In this document: in pieces, positions 30,653 to 39,614 of the stretch
How the letters are laid out: every line of letters begins with the position of its first letter
Position numbering within the stretch: position 1 is the stretch's first letter
NCBI GenBank assembly: GCA_038203565.1
Contig: JBBRDV010000001.1
Coordinates: forward strand, 72,335 to 136,334
Source: Atribacterota bacterium
Lineage (GTDB): Bacteria > Atribacterota > Phoenicimicrobiia > Phoenicimicrobiales > Phoenicimicrobiaceae
Direction: 5' to 3'
DNA length: 64,000 nt
Translations under genes and position numbers: made by a program
Notes under the pieces: model-generated
The model's database searches: none
What the model was told of the DNA's origin: nothing
What the model saw: the letters and a program-made list of their open reading frames with translations, nothing else

Positions 30653-31359
30653 TCTGTTTTTCCCCTGTATTTTTTATGCTTTCTTATTATCTTTAAAATC
30701 TCATCCTTAACTTCCTCAATGCTTTTTTCCGTAGAGTCTATAACAATAGCATCTTTTGCCTTGATCAAAGGAGCATATTTTCTCTTGCTATCTATTTCAT
30801 CCCTCTGTACTATCTGTTTCTTAACTTCTTCATAATCTACATTATAACCTTTATCTACAAGTTCTGTATATCTCCTCTTAATTCTTTCCTCTTCAGAAGC
30901 AGTAAAATATAATTTTATATCTGCCTGCGGTAAAATTACCGAACCTATATCTCTGCCTTCCATTACAATATTCCCTTTTTCAGCTAATCTTCTCTGCAGA
31001 TGAATTAACTGTTTTCTAATTTTAGGCAGTCTGGCTATCTGGGAAACATTTTGATCAATCCTGGGATTGCGTATTTCCTCAGTCACATCTTTTCCGTCAA
31101 CAAAGATGTAATAATAATCATTAAGGCTCTTGTAATTTGCTCTTTCTATAGTTATACAGGTATCTGAAACCAGATTAGAAATCATCTCTTCATCGTTTAT
31201 ATTAATATTATTTTTTAGAACCTTCCAGGTTATTACCCTGTAAATCGCTCCTGTATCGATATATAAAAAGCCTAATTCCCGGGCAATCAATTTACCCATA
31301 GTGCTTTTTCCTACAGCAGCTGGTCCATCTATAGCGATTACTAAACCATTATTTTTCAT
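30649..31359 (-). CDS. cmk: cytidylate kinase
   Basis: IAIDGPAAVGKST..IDTGAIYR. Confidence 0.9.
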   Translation of the reverse strand: MKNNGLVIAIDGPAAVGKSTMGKLIARELGFLYIDTGAIYRVITWKVLKNNININDEEMISNLVSDTCITIERANYKSLNDYYYIFVDGKDVTEEIRNPRIDQNVSQIARLPKIRKQLIHLQRRLAEKGNIVMEGRDIGSVILPQADIKLYFTASEEERIKRRYTELVDKGYNVDYEEVKKQIVQRDEIDSKRKYAPLIKAKDAIVIDSTEKSIEEVKDEILKIIRKHKKYRGKTD

Positions 31360-31371
31360 TAATTCACCCCA

Positions 31372-31438
31372 AATTAGTCGTTAGCCTGTCTGCGCCTGCC
31401 TGTGCAGGTTCGCACAGGTAGATGAATAGTCATTAGTG
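31372..31438. repeat. ~67-bp hairpin-containing intergenic element, copy 1
   Basis: ATTAGTCGTTAG-CCTGTCTGCGCCTGCCTGTGCAGGTTCGCACAGGTAGATG-AATAGTCATTAGTG. Internal 7-bp stem CCTGTGC/GCACAGG. Copy 2 lies at 39546-39614 in inverted orientation. Confidence 0.7.
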
Positions 31439-31554
31439 TTAAATACACGTTTTAAGTTTTCAGCTCTCGGTTTTCAGTAAGTAGGGCCGTATTGCTTATT
31501 CTATTAACCGGTAAACCGAGTAACTGGTCAACTAATACGATATACGATATACTG

Positions 31555-32280
31555 CTAAACAATTTTCTTCAGACTTTTAATTTCTTCTTTATTTAAATAC
31601 CTGTATTCTCCTGGTTTCACGCCTTTTAAAGAAACTGGGCCTGTCTGGATTCTTGTCAGTTTTAAAACAAAATGCCCAATATATTCAGCCATTTTTCTAA
31701 TCTGTCTTTTCTTCCCTTCTTTTATTTTTATTTTTAATATAGCATTTCCGTTAATAGTTTTTAATAAGTAAATATTGCAGGGTGTCAGTTTATAATTATT
31801 CTTTAAAGTCACTCCTTTTGATAATGTCTTTAATTTTTCAGAAGAAGGAATTCCCTTTACTTTAACAATGTAAACTTTTTCTACTTCTTTTGCAGGATGG
31901 GTTAAGGCGTGAGTCAGCTCACCATCATTAGTAAGAATTAATAATCCTTCAGAATAATAATCTAATCGACCAACCGGATACACTCTTTCTTTTATATCTT
32001 TTAACAAATCCAAAACAGTCAGCCTCCCAAAAGGGTCAGATAAAGAAGTTAAATACCCTTTAGGCTTATTTAGCAATATATAAGAATAATGTTTATTCTC
32101 TTTATATTTTATTAATTTACCCTTTACTTCAATTTTATCTTTTTTAGGGTCAATTTTAGTTCCTAACTCGGTAACGACAGAATTATTTACCCGCACCTGC
32201 CCCTGAAGGATAAGTTCCTCACATTTTCTTCGAGAATCAATTCCTGCTCCTGCTAAATATTTTTGTAATCTTTCAATCAT
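31555..32280 (-). CDS. rluB: rRNA pseudouridine synthase (RsuA/RluB family) with S4 domain
   Basis: N-terminal S4 domain (RLQKYLAGAGIDSRRKCEELI) plus the catalytic core GRLDYYSEGLLILTNDG. Confidence 0.85.
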   Translation of the reverse strand: MIERLQKYLAGAGIDSRRKCEELILQGQVRVNNSVVTELGTKIDPKKDKIEVKGKLIKYKENKHYSYILLNKPKGYLTSLSDPFGRLTVLDLLKDIKERVYPVGRLDYYSEGLLILTNDGELTHALTHPAKEVEKVYIVKVKGIPSSEKLKTLSKGVTLKNNYKLTPCNIYLLKTINGNAILKIKIKEGKKRQIRKMAEYIGHFVLKLTRIQTGPVSLKGVKPGEYRYLNKEEIKSLKKIV

Positions 32281-32281
32281 A

Positions 32282-32767
32282 TTATTTAATTCCTATTTCC
32301 CTTAGTTTGGGAAGATCGCCGATTTTCTTTAAACCGAAATGTATTAAAAAAAAGTCCGTAACTTTGTAAAGCAAAGGATTTCCAGGAGCTTTCTTTCTAC
32401 CGCTAATTCTTACAAATCTATGCTTTAATAAACTAAATAAGACCCCTGAACAACTTACTCCTCTTATCTTTTCAATTTCTAAACGGGTTACCGGTTGATT
32501 GTAGGCAATAATGGCCAGGGTTTCCAAAGCCGCTTTAGAAATTTGATGCTTTTTTTTATTTTCTAAGATTTTTTTCACCCAGACAGAGTATTGAGGCTTG
32601 GTACCCAGTTTATATCCACCAGCAATTTCATATATTCTAAATGGTCTGTTATCATTGTCATATTTTGAAATTAATTCATTAATAATCAATCTACCTCTTC
32701 TTTTCTCAAGACCGGTAATCTCTTTTACCTTTTCAAGGGTTAAAGCATTATTGTGTATAAGCAACAA
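32282..32767 (-). CDS. scpB: segregation and condensation protein B
   Basis: ScpB winged-helix pair (..IAYNQPVTRLEIEKIRGV..). Downstream of scpA. Confidence 0.85.
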   Translation of the reverse strand: MLLIHNNALTLEKVKEITGLEKRRGRLIINELISKYDNDNRPFRIYEIAGGYKLGTKPQYSVWVKKILENKKKHQISKAALETLAIIAYNQPVTRLEIEKIRGVSCSGVLFSLLKHRFVRISGRKKAPGNPLLYKVTDFFLIHFGLKKIGDLPKLREIGIK

Positions 32768-32802
32768 GCATTCTATTATATTCCCCCATTCGGAGTTGTT
32801 TT

Positions 32803-33573
32803 TTAATTCTTCTTTAAATTTAATGCACCTACTTTCAGATTGAATATTATCTTATCGAAACTTATATTTTGATAACATTTTATTTTTTGTAAATATATAA
32901 GTTCTAATAAAGCAAGGAAAATAACGATAATTTCTAACCTGCTTTGTGCTTTTTCCATAAAATAATCGAAGGATAACCCCTCTTTGCTGCCTTTTAACAA
33001 TAAATTAATTATCTCTTTCATCTTGGTGGCTACGGTAAAAGCTCTTTTCTTAAAGGGTATAAATTCTTCCTTTTTTTTGTTTTGTAATACTTTTTCTAAA
33101 GAAGTTAAAAGGTCTGCTAAATCAACTTTCTCGATTTCTATACTGTCTTCTTTATCATTACTTTCTATCGTCGGAAAATAAATATCATTTTGCGTCCCTT
33201 CTCTTTCCTTTAAATATTCGACTATTTTTTGATATTTTTCATATTCCTGAAGGTACGCTTCTTTTTCTTTTGAAATCATAAAATCATTGTCTTCATCATC
33301 TTCCTCTTCCCTGCTTTTAACTTCTAATTTAGGGAGAAGATTTTCTGATTTTATTTTTAGTATTATCGCTATTTCAGTTATGGTTTTACCGGCAATGCTC
33401 AAGTCAATAACACTCTTGTTTTGAATAACATATTTTAAATACTGATCTATTATTTCAGTAATGGGTACCTGTTCAATATCTACGATACCTTCTTTTATAT
33501 TTTTCAGTAATTTGTCTACGAAGCTATCTAAATCATCAATCTTTATCTTAAAGTCTATATTTTTTTTATTCAT
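32803..33573 (-). CDS. scpA: segregation and condensation protein A (kleisin)
   Basis: ScpA family with a C-terminal winged helix LEIIVIFLALLEL. Confidence 0.85.
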   Translation of the reverse strand: MNKKNIDFKIKIDDLDSFVDKLLKNIKEGIVDIEQVPITEIIDQYLKYVIQNKSVIDLSIAGKTITEIAIILKIKSENLLPKLEVKSREEEDDEDNDFMISKEKEAYLQEYEKYQKIVEYLKEREGTQNDIYFPTIESNDKEDSIEIEKVDLADLLTSLEKVLQNKKKEEFIPFKKRAFTVATKMKEIINLLLKGSKEGLSFDYFMEKAQSRLEIIVIFLALLELIYLQKIKCYQNISFDKIIFNLKVGALNLKKN

Positions 33574-34552
33574 AGTCTAAATTCATGGCTTTCTTTGCTT
33601 CATCGAGAGTCTGTTTAGCTACTTGCCTTGCCTTTTTGCTCCCCTCGATTATAATTTCTCTAATTATTTTCGGATTTTTTTCATAATATTTTCTTTTTTC
33701 TCTGAAACCATCAAACTTATTTATTAAGGCCTGAGCCAATCTCTTTTTGCATTCTACACACCCTAATTTTCCTGATTTACATCCGGCAGATATTTCTTCA
33801 GATTGATCCGAATTAAACATCTCATGATAGGTAAACACAACACAAATATCAGGATGCCCCAAATCATTCAACCTTATTTTTTGGGTATCAGTTATCATTG
33901 TCTTCGCTTTTTCTTCAATTTTTTCCGGCGAATCGGATATGGAAATAGTATTCCCTAGAGTTTTACTCATTCTCTTTCCGTCAGTTCCTGGCACACGAGG
34001 AATCTTAGTCAATTTTACCTGGGGTAAAGGAAAAATATTTTTATAAAGATTATTAAATCTCCGGGCTATTTCCCGAGTTAATTCTACATGGTGTACCTGA
34101 TCTTCTCCCACCGGTACAGCATTCGCTTTGTAGATCAATATATCTGAAGCCATTAGAACCGGGTATCCCAAAAGACCATAACTAATATTATCTTTCAATC
34201 CTAAATCTCGTACTTGTTCTTTTAATACCGGATTCCTCTCTAACCAGGGCAAAGGAGTAATCATGGATAAAAGTAGATGCAATTCTGCATGTTCCGGGAC
34301 ATAAGATTGCATTAATACAGTACTCCTTTCGGGGTTAATTCCTGCACTAAACCAATCTATAAGCATCTCCCTAATGTTTTCTTTTAAATCGTCAGTTTTG
34401 TCATAGCCAGTGGTTAGAGCGTGTAAATCTACGACTCCAAAAAAACACTTGTATTCTTCCTGAAGTTTTACCCAATTTTCCAAAGCTCCTAAATAATTTC
34501 CTAAATGTAATTTGCCGGTAGGTCGCATTCCACTAAAAATTATTCCCGCCAT
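33566..34552 (-). CDS. trpS: tryptophan--tRNA ligase
   Basis: Class I aaRS motifs (GMRPTGKLHLGNYLG; KMSKT). The start is probably the internal MAGIIFSG codon; the ORF track extends to 34594. Confidence 0.9.
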   Translation of the reverse strand: MAGIIFSGMRPTGKLHLGNYLGALENWVKLQEEYKCFFGVVDLHALTTGYDKTDDLKENIREMLIDWFSAGINPERSTVLMQSYVPEHAELHLLLSMITPLPWLERNPVLKEQVRDLGLKDNISYGLLGYPVLMASDILIYKANAVPVGEDQVHHVELTREIARRFNNLYKNIFPLPQVKLTKIPRVPGTDGKRMSKTLGNTISISDSPEKIEEKAKTMITDTQKIRLNDLGHPDICVVFTYHEMFNSDQSEEISAGCKSGKLGCVECKKRLAQALINKFDGFREKRKYYEKNPKIIREIIIEGSKKARQVAKQTLDEAKKAMNLDYE

Positions 34553-34646
34553 TTGAAATACTCCTCTCTTAATTTTATTATTGAAATATGTCATCTGTTA
34601 ACTCATTATCGACTAATTATAAAATATTTTAAAAATAAATCTATAT

Positions 34647-35294
34647 TTAAGCTAGCAAACGAAATATAAAAAATACAATAGGAAATAACACTTTTCCAAT
34701 TATACCACTTAATACCAGAATTAATAAGAAAATTGGCCCATAAGATTCTAACTTAGCATACCTGTAGGCTTGAGAATAAGGCAAAAGACCCATCAATACC
34801 TTAGATCCATCTAAAGGCGGAACAGGAATCAAGTTAAATATGGCTAGTGCTAAATTTATTATTACACCAGTCTGTAAGAATATTAACCATCCTCTTAACA
34901 TAGTTACCAATAGATTAAAAAAAGAGCTGTTTTGTGCTATGGTGATTTGTCCGATGAGATAATAACTTAACCTTAATATAAGAGCAAATATTATGGCAAT
35001 GACTATATTGGCTATAGGTCCTGCCAATGAAACATATATCATATCTCTTTTGGGATGATTCAATCTATTAAAATTTACCGGGACTGGTTTTGCCCATCCG
35101 AATCGAAATAAAAGCAACATCAAAGTTCCTATAGGGTCAAGATGAGCCAGAGGATTCAAGGTAAGTCTTCCCGCTTCTGCTGCTGTTGGATCACCCATTT
35201 TATAAGCCATCCTACCATGACAGTACTCATGAAAAGTAATGGCGATTAAAACAGCCGGGATGCTCCAAACAATTTCGAATATATTGTTCAACAT
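34647..35294 (-). CDS. site-2 protease family (M50) membrane metalloprotease
   Basis: HEYCHG HExxH motif in the first TM region. Polytopic. Confidence 0.75.
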   Translation of the reverse strand: MLNNIFEIVWSIPAVLIAITFHEYCHGRMAYKMGDPTAAEAGRLTLNPLAHLDPIGTLMLLLFRFGWAKPVPVNFNRLNHPKRDMIYVSLAGPIANIVIAIIFALILRLSYYLIGQITIAQNSSFFNLLVTMLRGWLIFLQTGVIINLALAIFNLIPVPPLDGSKVLMGLLPYSQAYRYAKLESYGPIFLLILVLSGIIGKVLFPIVFFIFRLLA

Positions 35295-35298
35295 TTTT

Positions 35299-37941
35299 CT
35301 ATATCTTATTCCTTTCCTTTAGAATATTTTTTACAAATCTAATTTCATCTCTTTTATTTTTTACCTCTCCATCTAACTTGGCACAAAGTAATTTATTTAA
35401 AATCTGCGAATAGATCGGACCTGGTTTTAGCTGTAGTTCTTTTAATTCATTTCCTGAAATATATAGACTTTCTTTTTTATATTTTCTAAAATAGTTGTTT
35501 ATCCTTTCTTTTGCAATATTAGTGTCGCTTTCCGTCATAGCTAAAAATAATGCTTCGTTAGGTAAACCTTTTAATTTTAAATAGATAACGCTCGGTGATA
35601 TTTTAGTTTTTTGTGATATCATTTTTATGATTTGATCTAAATTTGAGTAACAATAATTTATCTTGTCTATAAACTTTTGCTTAATGATTAGCTTTTTATA
35701 AATTCTCTGTAGTTGACTTTTTTTTAGATTTCTAATTAAACAGCAAAAATATATGACCCACAATTCTATTTTTTCATCAGGTATATCGTGTGTCCAAAAA
35801 TCAAAATTGTCTTTTACCTTGTTTAATCTTTCAACTGTTGCTTCATTTAATTCAAAATCCGGAAGAATATACTTTAACGCTCCTAATTCTTCCATTCTTT
35901 TTAAAGATTTTAATGGATTTTCTTCTTTCAATATTAGAATTAATTCTTCAGTGATTCTTTTCTTTCTTAATCTGGAGAGTAATTTATCATCAATAGCTTT
36001 TTTAAGAAAATCTTCTGTTGTCCTATTCATTTTAAAATTATATCTCTGTTCAAATCTTATTGCCCGTATAATACGTGCCGGATCTTCAACAAAACTCAAA
36101 TTATACAAAACCCTGATTGTACCTATACGCAAATCTTTCTGCCCACCAAAAAAGTCGATTAATTTTCCAAAATACTTCTGGTTTAACTGGACAGCCATGG
36201 CATTTATAGTAAAATCTCTTCTATATAAGTCTTTTTTAATTGAACTTAGCTCAACCTTAGGAAAGGCTGCGGGGTATTCATAAAATTCTCTTCGCGCAGT
36301 TGCCACATCTATTTTAAAATCATCCGCTAAAATTACTATTGCGGTTCCAAATTTTTCGTGGCTTTTAGTTCTCCCTCCCAAGTCTCTTCTTAACTCTCGG
36401 GCAAATTTTATTCCTTCTCCTTCAACCACAATGTCAAGATCATAATTCTTAATCCCTAAAAATAGGTCTCTTACGATCCCACCTACCATAAAAACTGGAA
36501 AATCTAATCTATCACCTATCTCCCCAATTTTATTTAGAACATCTTTAACTCTTTTGGGAAATATTTTTTCTATTAATTCTATTTGCTTCTTTCTCTCTAT
36601 ATTGCTGCTGGTCTCAACATAAGTTGAAAATGATCTTTTGGGAATATGGCCCTCTCCATATAAATTTCTTATTAAATCAGTTCTGGTAATAATTCCTACC
36701 AATTTATCTTCTTGGCTAACAACTAGTATCCTCCCGATATCGTAATTGATCATTAATTCTTGAATTTCAGTTAAAGGAGTATTCAATTTTACGGTAACTA
36801 CCTGATCGGACATATATTTACTTACCAGCTCTTTTCCAAGTCCATGTTGTTTGGCCTTATTTACTTCCTGCGTTGTTATAATGCCCTTTAGCTCCCCCGC
36901 TTCTACTACCGGAATACCGTTATGTCCGTATCTTAATAATATTTTTTTCGTCTCTTCAATAGAAGCTAAAGTATTAACAGTCTTAATCGGTGAAGACATA
37001 ATATCTTTCGCTACAATTCCCGCCCTTACTTTTTTTTCTAAGATCCTGATAAGTTTTTTCTCTAATTCATCAAGAGATAAATCTTTTACTACAGCCGAAG
37101 CTGCCTGAAAGTGACCTCCCCCTCCTAATTCTTTTAAAACTTCATCTACGTCAACAGAATTTGTTCTACTTCTTCCAACTATATATATTCGGTCTACCAT
37201 TTTTACTATAGTAAAAAAAACATCGCTATTTTCTATTTCTATTAATTTATGAGTAAGAAGAGCTAGCCCTTCTGTATAATTTTTTACTTCTGCATTAGCC
37301 ATATTAATTCGTATGCCCTTGCAAAATATTTCCTTAGAAGAAAGCAGCAATTTATTTAATAATTTTTTTTGAGCTATGCTTAGGCCGATATTTATAAAAT
37401 TTGCTACAACTTTTAAGTTTATACCTTTATCAAATAAATAAGAAATACTATTTATATCATCAATCGTAGTAGTTGAAAAAGTAAGGGAGCCGGTATCTTC
37501 ATAAATCCCCAAGGCAAACAGAGTTGCTTCGATGGGACTAATTTCTAAATTCATTTTCCTTATTTTTTTCAACATTATGGTAGTAGTTGCCCCTACTTCT
37601 TCTATTGCATTAATGTCCCCTTTAATATCATCCGCAGTGGAGGGGTGGTGATCATAGATATGAATTTCCAAATCTCTCTTATTTATTACATTAGCAAATG
37701 GTCCAATCCGTCTTTTTATTCTAGTGTCAACTATTATCAATTTATTAATTTCTTCTATTTTAATTTTCTTAATAGGGGTTATCTCTATCAAATCGCCATA
37801 CATAGAGATAAATTTTCTTACATTTCTCTCTATTGCTCCGGTAAATACTAAAAGAGCGTCTTTATATATTTTTTTGGCTGCCACCATAGCAGCCAAAGAA
37901 TCAAAATCAGTGCTTTGATGACTTATAATTACTTCCAACAA
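35299..37941 (-). CDS. multidomain DHH-DHHA1 / CBS pair / poly(A) polymerase-head (tRNA nucleotidyltransferase-like) / HD protein
   Basis: N-terminal DHH motifs (HQSTDFDSL.., ..DHHP), DHHA1 (GGGH), two CBS domains, then a nucleotidyltransferase head (GG.VRD.. ..DLDIVVEG..RRDFTINA) and a C-terminal helical/HD-like region. Confidence 0.7.
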   Translation of the reverse strand: MLEVIISHQSTDFDSLAAMVAAKKIYKDALLVFTGAIERNVRKFISMYGDLIEITPIKKIKIEEINKLIIVDTRIKRRIGPFANVINKRDLEIHIYDHHPSTADDIKGDINAIEEVGATTTIMLKKIRKMNLEISPIEATLFALGIYEDTGSLTFSTTTIDDINSISYLFDKGINLKVVANFINIGLSIAQKKLLNKLLLSSKEIFCKGIRINMANAEVKNYTEGLALLTHKLIEIENSDVFFTIVKMVDRIYIVGRSRTNSVDVDEVLKELGGGGHFQAASAVVKDLSLDELEKKLIRILEKKVRAGIVAKDIMSSPIKTVNTLASIEETKKILLRYGHNGIPVVEAGELKGIITTQEVNKAKQHGLGKELVSKYMSDQVVTVKLNTPLTEIQELMINYDIGRILVVSQEDKLVGIITRTDLIRNLYGEGHIPKRSFSTYVETSSNIERKKQIELIEKIFPKRVKDVLNKIGEIGDRLDFPVFMVGGIVRDLFLGIKNYDLDIVVEGEGIKFARELRRDLGGRTKSHEKFGTAIVILADDFKIDVATARREFYEYPAAFPKVELSSIKKDLYRRDFTINAMAVQLNQKYFGKLIDFFGGQKDLRIGTIRVLYNLSFVEDPARIIRAIRFEQRYNFKMNRTTEDFLKKAIDDKLLSRLRKKRITEELILILKEENPLKSLKRMEELGALKYILPDFELNEATVERLNKVKDNFDFWTHDIPDEKIELWVIYFCCLIRNLKKSQLQRIYKKLIIKQKFIDKINYCYSNLDQIIKMISQKTKISPSVIYLKLKGLPNEALFLAMTESDTNIAKERINNYFRKYKKESLYISGNELKELQLKPGPIYSQILNKLLCAKLDGEVKNKRDEIRFVKNILKERNKI

Positions 37942-37989
37942 AAAAACCTTCTTTTTTATTTTTTTATTAAAATTATAGCATAAATAAAC

Positions 37990-38160
37990 AAATGATAGAA
38001 CATAGTATTTCGTATTTCGTATTTCGTTAAGAAAGACTAGCGCAGAGTGTGTAGCGTTTAGTGTAGAGTTAAGAAAGAAGAATACAAAAGTCTAATTCGT
38101 ATTTGGTGAATCGTATCTCGGATGTAACGATATACCATATACGATATACGATATACGATT
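37990..38160. repeat. cluster of 7-bp-periodic tandem repeats and ACGCT-module
   Basis: (GTATTTC)x3 at 38004-38026; CTAGCGCAGAGTGTGTAGCGTTTAGTGTAGAG, the reverse complement of the CTCTACGCTAAACGCT..CACT module; CGTATCTCG; and (ATACGAT)x3 ending at the pdp stop. Confidence 0.7.
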
Positions 38161-39487
38161 AAATAAATTCTTTAACGTCTTCCTTACTGAAGGTTGCTAA
38201 GATTAGTGGTAATTTTTTAGGTTTATTGTCTCCTATAACAAATGAGGAGAACAATTTGTTCTTTGCTTCTTTTAATTTTTCTGAATCATTATAATACACT
38301 TCGGCTAAATTTTCATTAATATTAACCTTACTGCCTACTTTCTTCTTTAAAATAATTCCTACAGATAAATCGATTTCTGATTCTTTTTTCTCTCTGCCTG
38401 CTCCTAAAAGCATGGCGCTCTCACCAATTAATCGGGAATCTATTTTCTGTATATAGCCGCTAATAACCGCTTTAATTTTAGTACAATGTTTGGCCAGAGG
38501 TAATAATTCCGGTTTATCTATTATTTTCGGATTTCCGCCCTGAGCGGCTACCATCTCCTTAAATTTACTGAAAGCTGTCCCCTCTTTTAGTATTTTTTCT
38601 AATCTGTTTCTTCCTTCCTCATAGTTCTTTGCTGTTCCGCCTAATTTTAGCATATAAGCACCTAGAACCAGACAAAGGTTACGTAAATCTTCCGGTCCTC
38701 TATTTTTTAAAATTTCGATAGCTTCTTTAACTTCTAAGGAATTACCGATAGCAAAACCCAAAGGTTCATCCATATTTGAAACTACTGCCACGGTCTCTTT
38801 GCCAAACTCTAATCCTATATCTACCATTATTTTCCCTAATTTCAAGGCATCTTTATATTCTTGCATAAAAGCACCGCTACCGGTAGTAACATCTAATACA
38901 ATGGCATCGGCACCAGCAGCTAATTTTTTACTCATAATACTGCTTACGATTAAGGGAATACTATCTATCGTTCCGGTGACATCCCTTAACGCGTATAATT
39001 TTTTGTCTGCCGGAGCCAGATCTGAAGTAGGACTGATAATTGATGCTCCAACTTTCTTAACGATATTTATAAATTTATTTAGACTTAATTCTGTTTTAAA
39101 CCCTTTGATTGATTCTAACTTATCTATTGTACCGCCGGTATGACCTAATCCCCGTCCCGACATCTTGGCTACTGGCACACCTGCTGCTGCCACCATGGGG
39201 GCTAAAGCAAGGGTAGTAGTATCTCCTACTCCTCCTGTACTGTGTTTATCGACCTTAATACCGGGAATGGAACTAAGGTCGATAATTTTTCCAGAATGAA
39301 CCATAGCCATAGTTAGATATTTTATTTCATCAATATTCATTCCTTGAAAATAGATAGCCATCAGCATAGCAGACATTTGGTAATCCGGAATCCTATCTTC
39401 GCAATATTCTTTTATCATGAAATTTATTTCTTTTTGAGTTAATTCCTGGCCATCTCTTTTTTTGATAATTAAATCATAAAATCTCAT
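38159..39487 (-). CDS. pdp: pyrimidine-nucleoside (thymidine) phosphorylase
   Basis: ..DKHSTGGVGD.. and ..GRGLGHTGGT.. Confidence 0.9.
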   Translation of the reverse strand: MRFYDLIIKKRDGQELTQKEINFMIKEYCEDRIPDYQMSAMLMAIYFQGMNIDEIKYLTMAMVHSGKIIDLSSIPGIKVDKHSTGGVGDTTTLALAPMVAAAGVPVAKMSGRGLGHTGGTIDKLESIKGFKTELSLNKFINIVKKVGASIISPTSDLAPADKKLYALRDVTGTIDSIPLIVSSIMSKKLAAGADAIVLDVTTGSGAFMQEYKDALKLGKIMVDIGLEFGKETVAVVSNMDEPLGFAIGNSLEVKEAIEILKNRGPEDLRNLCLVLGAYMLKLGGTAKNYEEGRNRLEKILKEGTAFSKFKEMVAAQGGNPKIIDKPELLPLAKHCTKIKAVISGYIQKIDSRLIGESAMLLGAGREKKESEIDLSVGIILKKKVGSKVNINENLAEVYYNDSEKLKEAKNKLFSSFVIGDNKPKKLPLILATFSKEDVKEFI

Positions 39488-39545
39488 TTAATGTTTCCTC
39501 CCAATTGTATTCTTTGGGAATTTTTTTTGCATTTTGTATTTAAAA

Positions 39546-39614
39546 CTAACGACTATTCATCTACCTGTGCGAACCTGCACAGTCAGGCGCAGACAGGATA
39601 TTTACTAATGACTA
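39546..39614. repeat. ~67-bp hairpin-containing intergenic element, copy 2 (inverted, overlaps hppA stop codon)
   Basis: Reverse complement is nearly identical to 31372-31438, differing at one position. Confidence 0.7.

Noticed and set aside
31440-31555. Possible tRNA or small RNA in the cmk-rluB spacer (CTCGGTTT ... AAACCGAG 8-bp inverted repeat, ACCGGT palindrome)
   Set aside because: No T-loop (GTTCGAATC-like) or cloverleaf proportions, and the loop is 43 nt. I cannot support an RNA gene call from sequence alone.
37990-38160. Heptad tandem repeats as a possible CRISPR array
   Set aside because: The units are 7 bp with no spacers and no cas genes. The pattern is wrong for CRISPR, which uses 24-48 bp repeats separated by unique spacers.
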